Source: an uncultured Cyclobacteriaceae bacterium
GTDB lineage: Bacteria; Bacteroidota; Bacteroidia; Cytophagales; Cyclobacteriaceae
DNA length: 49,702 nt
Direction: 5' to 3'
Assembly (NCBI GenBank): GCA_965365715.1
Contig: CBDUCT010000001.1
Coordinates: 1-49,702 of the forward strand
Position 1 is the stretch's first letter; each line of letters begins with the position of its first letter. The notes under the pieces were generated by a model, which saw only the letters and a list, made by a program, of their open reading frames with translations, had not been told where the DNA came from and ran no database searches. A program made the translations under genes and the position numbers. Below, piece after piece: positions 9,393 through 18,347 of the stretch.

Positions 9393-10364
9393 TCAATGTA
9401 TTTTTCTATTTAAAGAGCGATCATCAATGATGGTTTCACCACTATTTAATTTTCCATTCATTGCATTCTCACGGTATGCACCGCTTGCATCATAATATTT
9501 CTTATTGATATCCACCTCTGAAATCAGAATGCCGGGTTCATTCGCAGTCAGTATATTTTTTACCAATCCATCAGGTGTAATAAAATAACATGGCCAGCTC
9601 TCAGGAGCTGAAGAATTTGTCAAAGACATGTAGAAATAATTGGTGGCTGCCCTTGCCTGGGAAGTTACGGGCATAATCAAAGGGTGTATACTTCCTTTTT
9701 TCTGCCGGGCATTATAAAATGACTGGAATATTAGATCAGTCCCTGATTTTCTATATTCCCTGTAAAGTTCCGGAAACCGAAGATCGTAGCAAATCAACAA
9801 TCCGCAGTTAACACCATTGACCTCAAAATTTACAAAATGATCACCTGGTGAAAAATATTTCAGATCTCCGGTCGTACAAAATCGTTTATCATAACGATCT
9901 ATTATATTACCTTCAGGATTGATTACATACAGGCTGTTATGAGGTTTGTTCTTATCACCTAATTGATGAATGCTTCCCATAACAATCCAGATTTCCATTT
10001 CTTTAGCCAGGAGCATGATCGAGTCCGTCAAAGCATGCAATAAGTCCCATTCAAAACCATCCATAGTATGAAAATCCGTCCCTGGATAGCCGGAAAGTGC
10101 ACATTCAGCAAAATGAACTACTTCTGCTTTTTTAAGTTTTGATTCAATCACCTGTTTCTCAATCCATTTATAGTTCTGATAGATATTATCTGAAATCGGA
10201 AACTGGCAGGTAGCAATTGTAATCTTACCACTTTTAATCGAGGTATTCTGGCCAAACAGAAGAGATGAACCAATAATTATAAAAGCAGAGGACAGAAGAA
10301 AAGTAGCAGGTATATGCAAAAATACAAACCTGCTTCGTATTTTTTGAAATCTGAAATAAATCAT
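9393..10364 (-). CDS. Carbon-nitrogen hydrolase (nitrilase superfamily) protein with an N-terminal signal or anchor
   Basis: Glu-Lys-Cys triad contexts are HFAECALSGYPG, RYDKRF and GLLICYDLRFPELYR. The N-terminus has a hydrophobic segment (FLLSSAFIIIGSSLLFG). Confidence 0.8.
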   Translation of the reverse strand: MIYFRFQKIRSRFVFLHIPATFLLSSAFIIIGSSLLFGQNTSIKSGKITIATCQFPISDNIYQNYKWIEKQVIESKLKKAEVVHFAECALSGYPGTDFHTMDGFEWDLLHALTDSIMLLAKEMEIWIVMGSIHQLGDKNKPHNSLYVINPEGNIIDRYDKRFCTTGDLKYFSPGDHFVNFEVNGVNCGLLICYDLRFPELYREYRKSGTDLIFQSFYNARQKKGSIHPLIMPVTSQARAATNYFYMSLTNSSAPESWPCYFITPDGLVKNILTANEPGILISEVDINKKYYDASGAYRENAMNGKLNSGETIIDDRSLNRKIH

Positions 10365-10394
10365 TCGAGGCTTATTAGATTATTCAATAAATAG

Positions 10395-11966
10395 TCAGGC
10401 ATACCATTTTCTAGTACGTTTCAGGCTTCCTGAAAATATATCATGAACGAAATTGGCGTTTTCGATGATCTGGAAATCAAACATACCCGCACATACGAAA
10501 TCAGCCCCATGTTCAAAGGCGTACTGGAATCCCTCCGATGGATGTATAGAGCCGGCGGCAAGTACCTTGTAGGCTATCCAGGGAATTTCACAGGATTTAA
10601 AGAAATCTGAAACCACCTCTGCTGAAGGACACCACATATTGTCGTTGAACTTATCTCTTTCAAGTCTGTTATAACTGATGTTGTGCATAAATTCCTGACG
10701 GTTTTCTTCGGGGTGGGTGGACCAGTATTGATCGTGATGGAAGGTTTTCATAAAGAAATCTGTCTCAATACCTTTTTCCACACATGTCATTGGTACCTGT
10801 ATGGCATGGCCTGCTGTCCCTGCGATCAAACCATTACTCCGTATAAATTCAATAGGTTTTGCCAGATCATCAAGCCGGTTTTCAAAAACCAATTGATCAG
10901 CAATTCCGCCCATTACAAAAGCACCAATGGCACCATGATCAATGGCCAGCTGAATGTTTGAAAAATCATCATCCCTGGGATAGGTTTGTGCAAGCCATTG
11001 GATCTTGCCACCTCTTTTCCAATATTTTTCCAGGATCCGGACTGTATTTTCATCGGTCCTCATTACAGTTGTGTTAATACCGCAGGCTTCATAGATCCAT
11101 AAAGTTTCAATTACTTTCTCATCTGTAAAATAGTTCTTGATCAGGCGCGAAACATAAACCAGGTCCCTGGCATGTGCAAAACCGGCTACAAGGTTTCCGC
11201 CAGGTATGATCCGGCTGATATCAAGGTGTTTGATTTTGCCCATAGGTACCTGACCTTCGAGTTGATCAAGATTCACCTGCCTGGCTGAAAGATTGGTTGC
11301 TGAAGTACGCGCGTCTATGGATGACACCTGTTCTTCTTCGTAACTGAACCAGCCATATTTTTTTGCAAAACCGAAAAATGCCAGTCCAAGCACGGGGATA
11401 GAAGCCAGGTTTTTGATCAGTTCCCGTCTTCCTGTCAGGATAGTCTCAGGGGTACCCCTGTTCTCAATTTCAGGGAATATCTTTTCTTTTTTCCTTTTCA
11501 GATTTATGTGAATAATATGATTCAGGCCCCAGAAATAATTGTCAGGTAATATTGAAAATATTAAAAGGATACCGGATTCAATAATGTTCAGGTTAACTAT
11601 AAAATATTGTCCTTGGGAAGGATATGAAGATTCAATAAAAGGCGGGTTAGCAATATAATATATAAGCAAAAGAAATATTCCACCAATGCTGGCCAGTCGC
11701 CGGAAAAGGCCCAGCATTAATAAAAGACCAATTAAAATCAGGCCCCAGATATTAATAAGGTCAACCAGTTTCAATACTTCCGGATTTGTGGCGATCCAAT
11801 GAAAAAAACCGGATAACAGCCATTTTGATTGCATCAAATAAGAGAAGCTGGACCATTCCGGTATCATCAGTTTGGATATACCCTGGTACAGAAAATGCCA
11901 TCCGACGATAATACGCATAATCGTAAAAACGGCTTTGACAGTCTGATTCGAAGATGTATTTCCCAT
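10395..11966 (-). CDS. DoxX-domain membrane protein fused to a ~310-aa uncharacterised domain via an internal Tat-signal-like segment
   Basis: The N-terminus (IMRIIVGWHFLYQGISKL plus further TM helices) looks DoxX-like. Residues ~178-202 read TGRRELIKNLASIPVLGLAFFGFA (RR at nt 11424-11429). I do not recognise the C-terminal domain. Confidence 0.55.
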   Translation of the reverse strand: MGNTSSNQTVKAVFTIMRIIVGWHFLYQGISKLMIPEWSSFSYLMQSKWLLSGFFHWIATNPEVLKLVDLINIWGLILIGLLLMLGLFRRLASIGGIFLLLIYYIANPPFIESSYPSQGQYFIVNLNIIESGILLIFSILPDNYFWGLNHIIHINLKRKKEKIFPEIENRGTPETILTGRRELIKNLASIPVLGLAFFGFAKKYGWFSYEEEQVSSIDARTSATNLSARQVNLDQLEGQVPMGKIKHLDISRIIPGGNLVAGFAHARDLVYVSRLIKNYFTDEKVIETLWIYEACGINTTVMRTDENTVRILEKYWKRGGKIQWLAQTYPRDDDFSNIQLAIDHGAIGAFVMGGIADQLVFENRLDDLAKPIEFIRSNGLIAGTAGHAIQVPMTCVEKGIETDFFMKTFHHDQYWSTHPEENRQEFMHNISYNRLERDKFNDNMWCPSAEVVSDFFKSCEIPWIAYKVLAAGSIHPSEGFQYAFEHGADFVCAGMFDFQIIENANFVHDIFSGSLKRTRKWYA

Positions 11967-12078
11967 AACAATACGTGTTTTAAAAAATCAAAATAACAAT
12001 ATGCAAAAGCTGCTAAATGACATAATTTAATGAACCTGAATTGAATTTCCTAATTCAAAATAAGATCACCAGTACAAG

Positions 12079-13464
12079 CTATGTTTTCTTCAATCTCTTT
12101 TTAATACTTTCGGCATTGTCCTTTATTTTGAGAATGGCATCAGCGACATCATCCATATCGGATTCATCCGCCAGCAACATACTTTGAAATAACCACACGG
12201 CCTCATTGCACAGTGCATCATTTTCCGGGCATTGGTTCCGGGCGGAATAGTTCTCAAAATCAAGCGTTTCTTTCGGGTACATGGCCTTGAAGTTTTTGGT
12301 ATTGAAGGCATGTTGGATATAGGGTTGAGTATTCAGGAACGGCGCATATCCACTCATACACGGAATGCCTTCAGCCCGTAATGAATTCAGAAAATCCGAT
12401 CTGCTCAATCCTTTAAACTCATCTTCTTTATATCGAAAAGCGAACATATGAAAAGCACAGCGTGTCACATTATCATATAATTTATAAGGTAGGATGCCCG
12501 GGATACCTTCAATTTTTGATCTCAGATATGCGGCCCTTTTATTTCGGATCGTGGTCTGTTCATCAAGGTCCTCGAGCAAGGTTAATCCGATAGCGGCCTG
12601 ATATTCAGTGATTCTCAATTTAGTACCTAACATGACTGAACCGGCCCCAACATCGCCAATCACGCCACCGTATGGAAATCCGACATTATGATAAGAGTAA
12701 CACCGGTCCATAAAATCTTCATCATCACTGACAATGGCTCCACCCTCGCCAAGGGGTAAATGTTTTGTAGTCTGAAAACTATAGCAACCGGCATCACCAA
12801 AGGTTCCGACAATCTGATGATTTATTTCAGCTAGCCAGGCCTGACAAGCATCTTCCAGTACCAGTAAGTTATGTTTTTTTGCGATCTCCATGATCCTTAC
12901 CATATTCGCCGGCATGCCCAGAATATGGACCGGCAATATGGCTCGGGTTTTTGATGTGATCTTTTCTTCTATTTTTTCTACATCGATCTGGTAGGTCTCC
13001 GGATCTGTATCTACAAATACCGGCATGGCTCCAGCTATCAGTACCGCCTGTATCGTAGAGATCCAGGTGTAGGGTGGGACTATTACTTCATCCCCGGCCC
13101 CGATGTCCATTTGTACCAGGCTGGCTATCAGGGCATTTGTTCCATTCACCACGGCAAGGCATCGCCTGGTGCCAATGGTTTCAGCCCAGCGTTTTTCAAA
13201 TTCTGTAACTACCTTATCGCGTGACCAGACCCCTTTCCTGAGGACATTCAGCACACTTTTCTCATTTTCTTCTGGAGACCATTGTGGCCAGGCCGGCCAG
13301 TCTGTTGACTTTACCGGTGATCCTCCAAGAATAGCGGGTTCTTCAGATGAAAAATGGGTATTCATTTGTGTTGCTGATCCTATTTTGGGTGCAACAACGG
13401 CTCCTAGACCCGTTAGAGAGCTTTGTTTAAGGAATGGACTGCGGTAAAATCTTTGTTCAGGCAT
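12079..13464 (-). CDS. DegT/DnrJ/EryC1/StrS-family PLP-dependent aminotransferase with an N-terminal Tat-like leader
   Basis: Fold-type I sugar aminotransferase pattern (FEKRWAE..., AVVNGTNAL, LLVLEDACQAW, PLP-Lys context FQTTKHLPLGEGGAIV). I prefer the ATG at 13464 over the GTG at 13515. The leader reads MPEQRFYRSPFLKQSSLTGLGAVVAP. Confidence 0.8.
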   Translation of the reverse strand: MPEQRFYRSPFLKQSSLTGLGAVVAPKIGSATQMNTHFSSEEPAILGGSPVKSTDWPAWPQWSPEENEKSVLNVLRKGVWSRDKVVTEFEKRWAETIGTRRCLAVVNGTNALIASLVQMDIGAGDEVIVPPYTWISTIQAVLIAGAMPVFVDTDPETYQIDVEKIEEKITSKTRAILPVHILGMPANMVRIMEIAKKHNLLVLEDACQAWLAEINHQIVGTFGDAGCYSFQTTKHLPLGEGGAIVSDDEDFMDRCYSYHNVGFPYGGVIGDVGAGSVMLGTKLRITEYQAAIGLTLLEDLDEQTTIRNKRAAYLRSKIEGIPGILPYKLYDNVTRCAFHMFAFRYKEDEFKGLSRSDFLNSLRAEGIPCMSGYAPFLNTQPYIQHAFNTKNFKAMYPKETLDFENYSARNQCPENDALCNEAVWLFQSMLLADESDMDDVADAILKIKDNAESIKKRLKKT

Positions 13465-13697
13465 GATCTTAAATATTAATTTAACATAATTTAATAAAAA
13501 GAAAAGAATTTTCACGGATCAGGTCCATCAAAATTATAAATGAACTGACCGTTGGCCTTGGTGATATACAGACCTGTTGAAGTGATAAAAAGGGACTTAA
13601 AGGAGATCTGAGTTATTGTTCCAATGTTAAAAGTCTTTCATAACTGCGTTCACAAGGCATATCCAACGAGAATCTTAAGAGGATAAGGTGAAAGGCG

Positions 13698-15278
13698 TCA
13701 TGACCTAATCCATTCACCATTATACATACGCCATATCTTCATAGGATTATCCTTCTGCAATTCTTCTGGCAATAAATGATCTGGAAAATTCTGATAGCAT
13801 ACGGGTCTGGTAAACCGGTAAATTGATGCAGTTCCTACAGAAGTCGATCTGCTGTCTGTTGTGGCAGGGAAAGGGCCACCATGATTCATAGCATGGCATA
13901 CTTCAACTCCTGTTGGGAATCCGTTAATGATCAACCGGCCAACTTTCTGTTCCAGGATTTGAATGAGGTCCTTATAATGATCAAGTTCCTCTTCGAGGCC
14001 AAATAAAGAAGCCGTCAGGTGGCCTTTCATTTTAGAGGCAATAGAAATAAGATCCTTGTTGTCTTTCGCAGATACCATGAGGGAGGATGGGCCGAATACT
14101 TCTTCCTCAAGTACTTCATTCCTCAGAAAGTCAGGACTATTCACCTGGTAAACAGAAGTTGTACCAATAAATCCCTTCTTCCCTTTTTTACCCATGGCAA
14201 TCTGTTGGACACCCGGCTGATTATGCAAATTGTTTCGGGCAAGGTCGTAAGCTTGTTGTATTGATTCTGTCAACATAGTCCCTGCTTCCGTTTTTGAAAC
14301 GGATTCTGATAATTTTTTATAAAATAATTCTTTTGATTCGTTTTCTTCTGTAATAACCAGCCCGGGACTGGTGCAGAATTGACCAACACCCAGTGTTATG
14401 GAAGCTGTCAGTCCCTCTGCAATTTGAGTATTTTTAGCTTTCATCGCCCCGGGTAAAATAAACACCGGGTTAACGCTGCCCATTTCAGCATATACTGGGA
14501 TTGGTTCTTCTCTACCGGATGCGGCATCATATAAAGCCTTTCCCCCTCTGAAAGAACCTGTAAATCCGATTGCCTTTATGCATTTGTTTTTTACGATGGC
14601 CAGTCCAACCTTGTTAGATTTACCCTGCACCATTGAAAAAGTCCCATCAGGCATATTATATTCCAGAATAGCATTCCGGATGGCATTTCCGACAATTTCA
14701 GAGGTACCGGGATGGGCCGGATGTGCTTTAACCACGACGGGACCCCCTGCCGCTAAAGCCAAGGCGGTATCCCCTCCCGCCACAGAAAATGCCAAAGGGA
14801 AATTACTTGCACCAAAAATGCCAACCGGTCCCAATGCGATTTGCATGGTACGGACATCGGGTTTTGGTACCGGTTTTCTATCCGGATCGCTGGTATCAAT
14901 TCTTGCATTTACCCATGAACCTTCTCTTAAAAGACCAGCGAAAAGTCTTAATTGATTTGTGGTTCTTCCCCGTTCACCGGAGATCCTAACCTCAGGAAGC
15001 CCTGTTTCCTGCTGGCATCTATATATCAAATCTTCACCGGCTCTCTCGATTTCCTGTGCAATACATTCCAAAAAATCAGCTCTTTGAGAAGCCTTGGTTT
15101 TTCTGTAATCTTTGAATGCAGCGGCTGCTTTCCGGGCAGCTTCATCGACTTCCTCTACAGTTGCTTCCATAAAATCAGGTGTCAACTTTTCACCATTGAT
15201 TGGATCGATTGCATTAAACTTTTTATCTCCCTGGCTTGAAAATTGATTCCCAAGAAGGTTCTGACCAGTTAATTTCAT
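13698..15278 (-). CDS. NAD(P)+-dependent aldehyde dehydrogenase, alpha-ketoglutarate semialdehyde dehydrogenase-like
   Basis: 526 aa. ALDH fold with catalytic Cys context GVGQFCTSPG, which resembles the KGSADH-type GQFCTNPG. Also the EMGSVNPV Glu motif and GFTGS. Confidence 0.8.
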   Translation of the reverse strand: MKLTGQNLLGNQFSSQGDKKFNAIDPINGEKLTPDFMEATVEEVDEAARKAAAAFKDYRKTKASQRADFLECIAQEIERAGEDLIYRCQQETGLPEVRISGERGRTTNQLRLFAGLLREGSWVNARIDTSDPDRKPVPKPDVRTMQIALGPVGIFGASNFPLAFSVAGGDTALALAAGGPVVVKAHPAHPGTSEIVGNAIRNAILEYNMPDGTFSMVQGKSNKVGLAIVKNKCIKAIGFTGSFRGGKALYDAASGREEPIPVYAEMGSVNPVFILPGAMKAKNTQIAEGLTASITLGVGQFCTSPGLVITEENESKELFYKKLSESVSKTEAGTMLTESIQQAYDLARNNLHNQPGVQQIAMGKKGKKGFIGTTSVYQVNSPDFLRNEVLEEEVFGPSSLMVSAKDNKDLISIASKMKGHLTASLFGLEEELDHYKDLIQILEQKVGRLIINGFPTGVEVCHAMNHGGPFPATTDSRSTSVGTASIYRFTRPVCYQNFPDHLLPEELQKDNPMKIWRMYNGEWIRS

Positions 15279-15284
15279 TTGATA

Positions 15285-16121
15285 TTATTTTACAGTATTG
15301 ATTAATGTTCCAATTGGTTGAATAGTTATGTGGATTTCGTCTCCCTTTTGCAAGGTGAATTCCGATGTAGGTACGATCCCAGTACCCGTCATCAGGAAAC
15401 AGCCCAGGGGAAAACTACATTCACGGAATAGATAAGAAACCAGTTCTTCAGGTCTGCGTTTCATTTGTTTGAGACTGGTTTGATCATAAAATACTTTTTC
15501 CTGCCCCCTGTAAATGGCCATTTCAATCTTAGTATCTTTTTCAAGTGGCTGATCGGTTACATATATGCATGGTCCTATGGATGCACAGCCGTCATAGGTT
15601 TTGGCCTGCGGTAAATACAAAGGATTTTCTCCCTCAATGCTTCTTGAACTCATATCATTCCCTATAGTAAAACCAATTATCTTAGCACCAGAAGTAATGG
15701 CAAGCGTGAGTTCAGGTTCGGGAACATTCCAATCCGAATCTTTACGGATCCGGACTTTTTCACCATGGCCTACTGTTCTGAATGCGGTTGCTTTAGAGAA
15801 CAGTTCCGGGCGTTCGGCTTCATACACATGTGCATAAAATTGTCCGCCCCCCGAGTTTTTCGATTCTTCCTGCCGCCCCAGTTTACTGTTATAATAGGTA
15901 ACTCCACTGGCCCAGATCTCCTGGTTTTGTATTGGAGCTATAAGTTCTGTTTTTATGATCAGTGCTCCGTTTTCAATGGGTTCCTGTTCAAGTGTAAATT
16001 TCTTTAATTTGCTCAACAATTCATTATCCTTAAAAAGAGCATCCCAGTTCTCATTCTCGAGTGAATAGAAATTACCTTCATTTTCAATGATGATACCGCT
16101 CTTTACTTTATATAATTTCAT
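15285..16121 (-). CDS. Fumarylacetoacetate hydrolase (FAH)-family protein, 2-keto-3-deoxy-pentonate (KdaD)-type dehydratase-like
   Basis: FAH-fold C-terminal pattern (GFTIGNDMSSR, EGENPLYLPQAKTYDGC, MTGTGIVP). I chose the ATG at 16121 (MKLYKVKSG). The longer ORF to 16226 would overlap the upstream gene. Confidence 0.7.
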   Translation of the reverse strand: MKLYKVKSGIIIENEGNFYSLENENWDALFKDNELLSKLKKFTLEQEPIENGALIIKTELIAPIQNQEIWASGVTYYNSKLGRQEESKNSGGGQFYAHVYEAERPELFSKATAFRTVGHGEKVRIRKDSDWNVPEPELTLAITSGAKIIGFTIGNDMSSRSIEGENPLYLPQAKTYDGCASIGPCIYVTDQPLEKDTKIEMAIYRGQEKVFYDQTSLKQMKRRPEELVSYLFRECSFPLGCFLMTGTGIVPTSEFTLQKGDEIHITIQPIGTLINTVK

Positions 16122-16143
16122 AATGAATTTATTCTTGTTTGTT

Positions 16144-18084
16144 TTAATGTATTCTGGGGCCATAATGAAATTCAGCCTGACCATTTTCAAGTGCTCCAAG
16201 GTCTGGTGCCGATCCTGAAAACCCATCGTTTATATTGGGCAATATGCATCCCCTATCTATAACTTTGGCTGATTTGTTAAGCCTGAAGTCGTAACCATCC
16301 AGACTGTATACATGTCCTTTCTTCTTAGCATCTGGCATGGGCACATGCTCAAAAATTGAATAATCCGTTTCCATGCCATGGATCTCATATCCTGTTTTGT
16401 CTCTGAATTGACTTAGATCCTCGAAATTAAAAACAGGAAGTTCACTTTTGTCGGCATGGTTCAGTTCATCGACATCAGGGTATGCCCAAATGTAGGCAGG
16501 TCCATTATTTTTCTTACTTCGATACCCATTATAGTCAAAGGTGGTGTAGTTGGTAAAAGTTGTTCCTGAAAAAGCAGGGCGCTCATCATCATGCCCGAGA
16601 AACAGGTTATTTCGAAAATGCCCGTTTGAGAATGCGTAAATGCCGGTTTCTGCACAAAATGTATTGTGATATGCCAGGATACCAGCCGGCCGGATCATAA
16701 ATTTCAGCGATACCGAGGGGATATGATAAAGAATATTTCTGATAAAATATACGGGACCCCCAAACAAAGGCTGGGCGCTTAATCCAGCATGATAGGCATT
16801 AAAACCACGGTTTTCAAAGATCCTTATATTATGCATGCCTCCATCCGATTCGATAAAGTCATCAGACATATTGAAAATATCATTTCGATATATATCTATG
16901 GAAGTACATTTTTTATCCGGTCCTTCTGGCAGCCCATGCGTATCAACACAAATGGCATCATGAAAGTAAGAGATCTTATTAAAACAGATCACATGTCCTT
17001 CACCATATACCTTTACACCAAAATATGATGTAAGGGGAGAGGGGTGTTCCAGACCATACCAGCCAACTAAAGTATCAGGATCATGTTTTCCAATCATGGT
17101 ATTATCCGCTATATAAAAATTTTTGGAACCTGCATAGTGCGTCATAATACCAATACCAGTGTCCTCAATTATACAGTTTTTAACTGTAAGGCCACTACAT
17201 CCCATTACCCGTTTTAAACCGGCATAAAAAGCTATATCCACATTCCTGATGGTCAATCCTTCAAAATAATGATAATCGGCCGCCATAACGTCAAACAACC
17301 TGTATGCTCCATCGCCATCAAAGATCACCTCCCCATCTCCTGCTGCGATTATAGATATTGGGCGATCAGAAGTCCCTTTTTGCGTCAAAACATAAGCACC
17401 ATGAAAATTCAGTGCCAATGGATCAACGTAATCAAGCCTATCACCTTTATAAGTTCCCGCATGCACAAGGATTATGTCACCTGGTTGCACCCTTGGTTCC
17501 GGTACCATCCACCAGTCACCCAGATTGCCGCCACCGTAATAGGCTTCATTTAGACCTGTAAAAGCGGGCTGCTCCTTTTCCCCTTCATACCCCGGGGGAT
17601 AAACATGATATATTTGACCATATTGATAAGGAACAGGTTCTTTTCTGGTTTTTACTATTACCTTATGTGTATTGAGGCCTTCAACACCATCGGGATCTTC
17701 AAGAATAAACCGGCATTCATAGCTGGTACCTGGTTCCAGATGAAAAATACTTCCTGCAAACATATCAGGAGTAGTATAGATCCATCGCTGACCATGTCCA
17801 TATATTTTTTCTCCGCCGATTCTTAAAAGCGGCAAAGCTTCTTTCCAGTCTTTATCATCAAGTTTTCTATATGAAACCGAAACCCTTGAATTACGGTTTT
17901 CATCACCAAAAATGATCCATTCAAATCCTGCACTTACCAGTGTGGTGGGTTCAATAATAAATTCATCGGACATTGTGCGGTTCATCAACCTAGAAACTAC
18001 CTGTGCCTTTGAATTAGAATACACTAAAAGCATAGTAGAAAAAACCAAAAACAGAATGACCCTTTTACCTGGGATAATTTTCAT
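16144..18084 (-). CDS. Secreted right-handed parallel beta-helix repeat protein (possible polysaccharide lyase or hydrolase)
   Basis: Signal peptide MKIIPGKRVILFLVFSTMLLVYSNSKAQ (ATG at 18084). An FN3-like N-terminal domain is followed by repeated beta-helix coils (NCIIEDTGIGI, YIADNTMIG, IRIFENRGFN, YFIRNILY). Confidence 0.6.
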   Translation of the reverse strand: MKIIPGKRVILFLVFSTMLLVYSNSKAQVVSRLMNRTMSDEFIIEPTTLVSAGFEWIIFGDENRNSRVSVSYRKLDDKDWKEALPLLRIGGEKIYGHGQRWIYTTPDMFAGSIFHLEPGTSYECRFILEDPDGVEGLNTHKVIVKTRKEPVPYQYGQIYHVYPPGYEGEKEQPAFTGLNEAYYGGGNLGDWWMVPEPRVQPGDIILVHAGTYKGDRLDYVDPLALNFHGAYVLTQKGTSDRPISIIAAGDGEVIFDGDGAYRLFDVMAADYHYFEGLTIRNVDIAFYAGLKRVMGCSGLTVKNCIIEDTGIGIMTHYAGSKNFYIADNTMIGKHDPDTLVGWYGLEHPSPLTSYFGVKVYGEGHVICFNKISYFHDAICVDTHGLPEGPDKKCTSIDIYRNDIFNMSDDFIESDGGMHNIRIFENRGFNAYHAGLSAQPLFGGPVYFIRNILYHIPSVSLKFMIRPAGILAYHNTFCAETGIYAFSNGHFRNNLFLGHDDERPAFSGTTFTNYTTFDYNGYRSKKNNGPAYIWAYPDVDELNHADKSELPVFNFEDLSQFRDKTGYEIHGMETDYSIFEHVPMPDAKKKGHVYSLDGYDFRLNKSAKVIDRGCILPNINDGFSGSAPDLGALENGQAEFHYGPRIH

Positions 18085-18347
18085 GATGTGAATAAAAATG
18101 AATTGAAACTTAATATAATAAAATTGCATGAAATAATATAAAATCCCTCTTCTTCAGATGGATAAATAAGAGAAAGGTATATTTAAAAATTTATTAATGA
18201 TGGAATGTATAAAATTTGATTTTACATCTTAAAATCGTACTTTATACATTGGATTTAAAGTAGTTGTATTGAATAGCTATTGGGGGTGATAGATCATACA
18301 GCCGATTGGGTGAGAAATTCTGATCAGGTATTCTTGTATCGATATCT

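Noticed and set aside
14578-14955. 125-aa plus-strand ORF, together with similar antisense ORFs at 4626-5048, 8439-9187, 13103-13447, 25203-26153, 30198-30635 and 40306-40659
   Set aside because: All lie entirely inside, and antisense to, genes with strong family signatures. Their translations are compositionally odd (Pro/Ala/Ser/Arg-rich) and lack motifs, so I treat them as shadow ORFs.
16122-16226. Longer N-terminal extension of the FAH-family ORF (start at 16226) and the extension of the beta-helix ORF (start at 18129)
   Set aside because: The FAH extension would overlap the upstream gene by 83 nt and adds no conserved sequence. The internal ATGs (16121 and 18084) give a typical FAH N-terminus and a clean signal peptide respectively.
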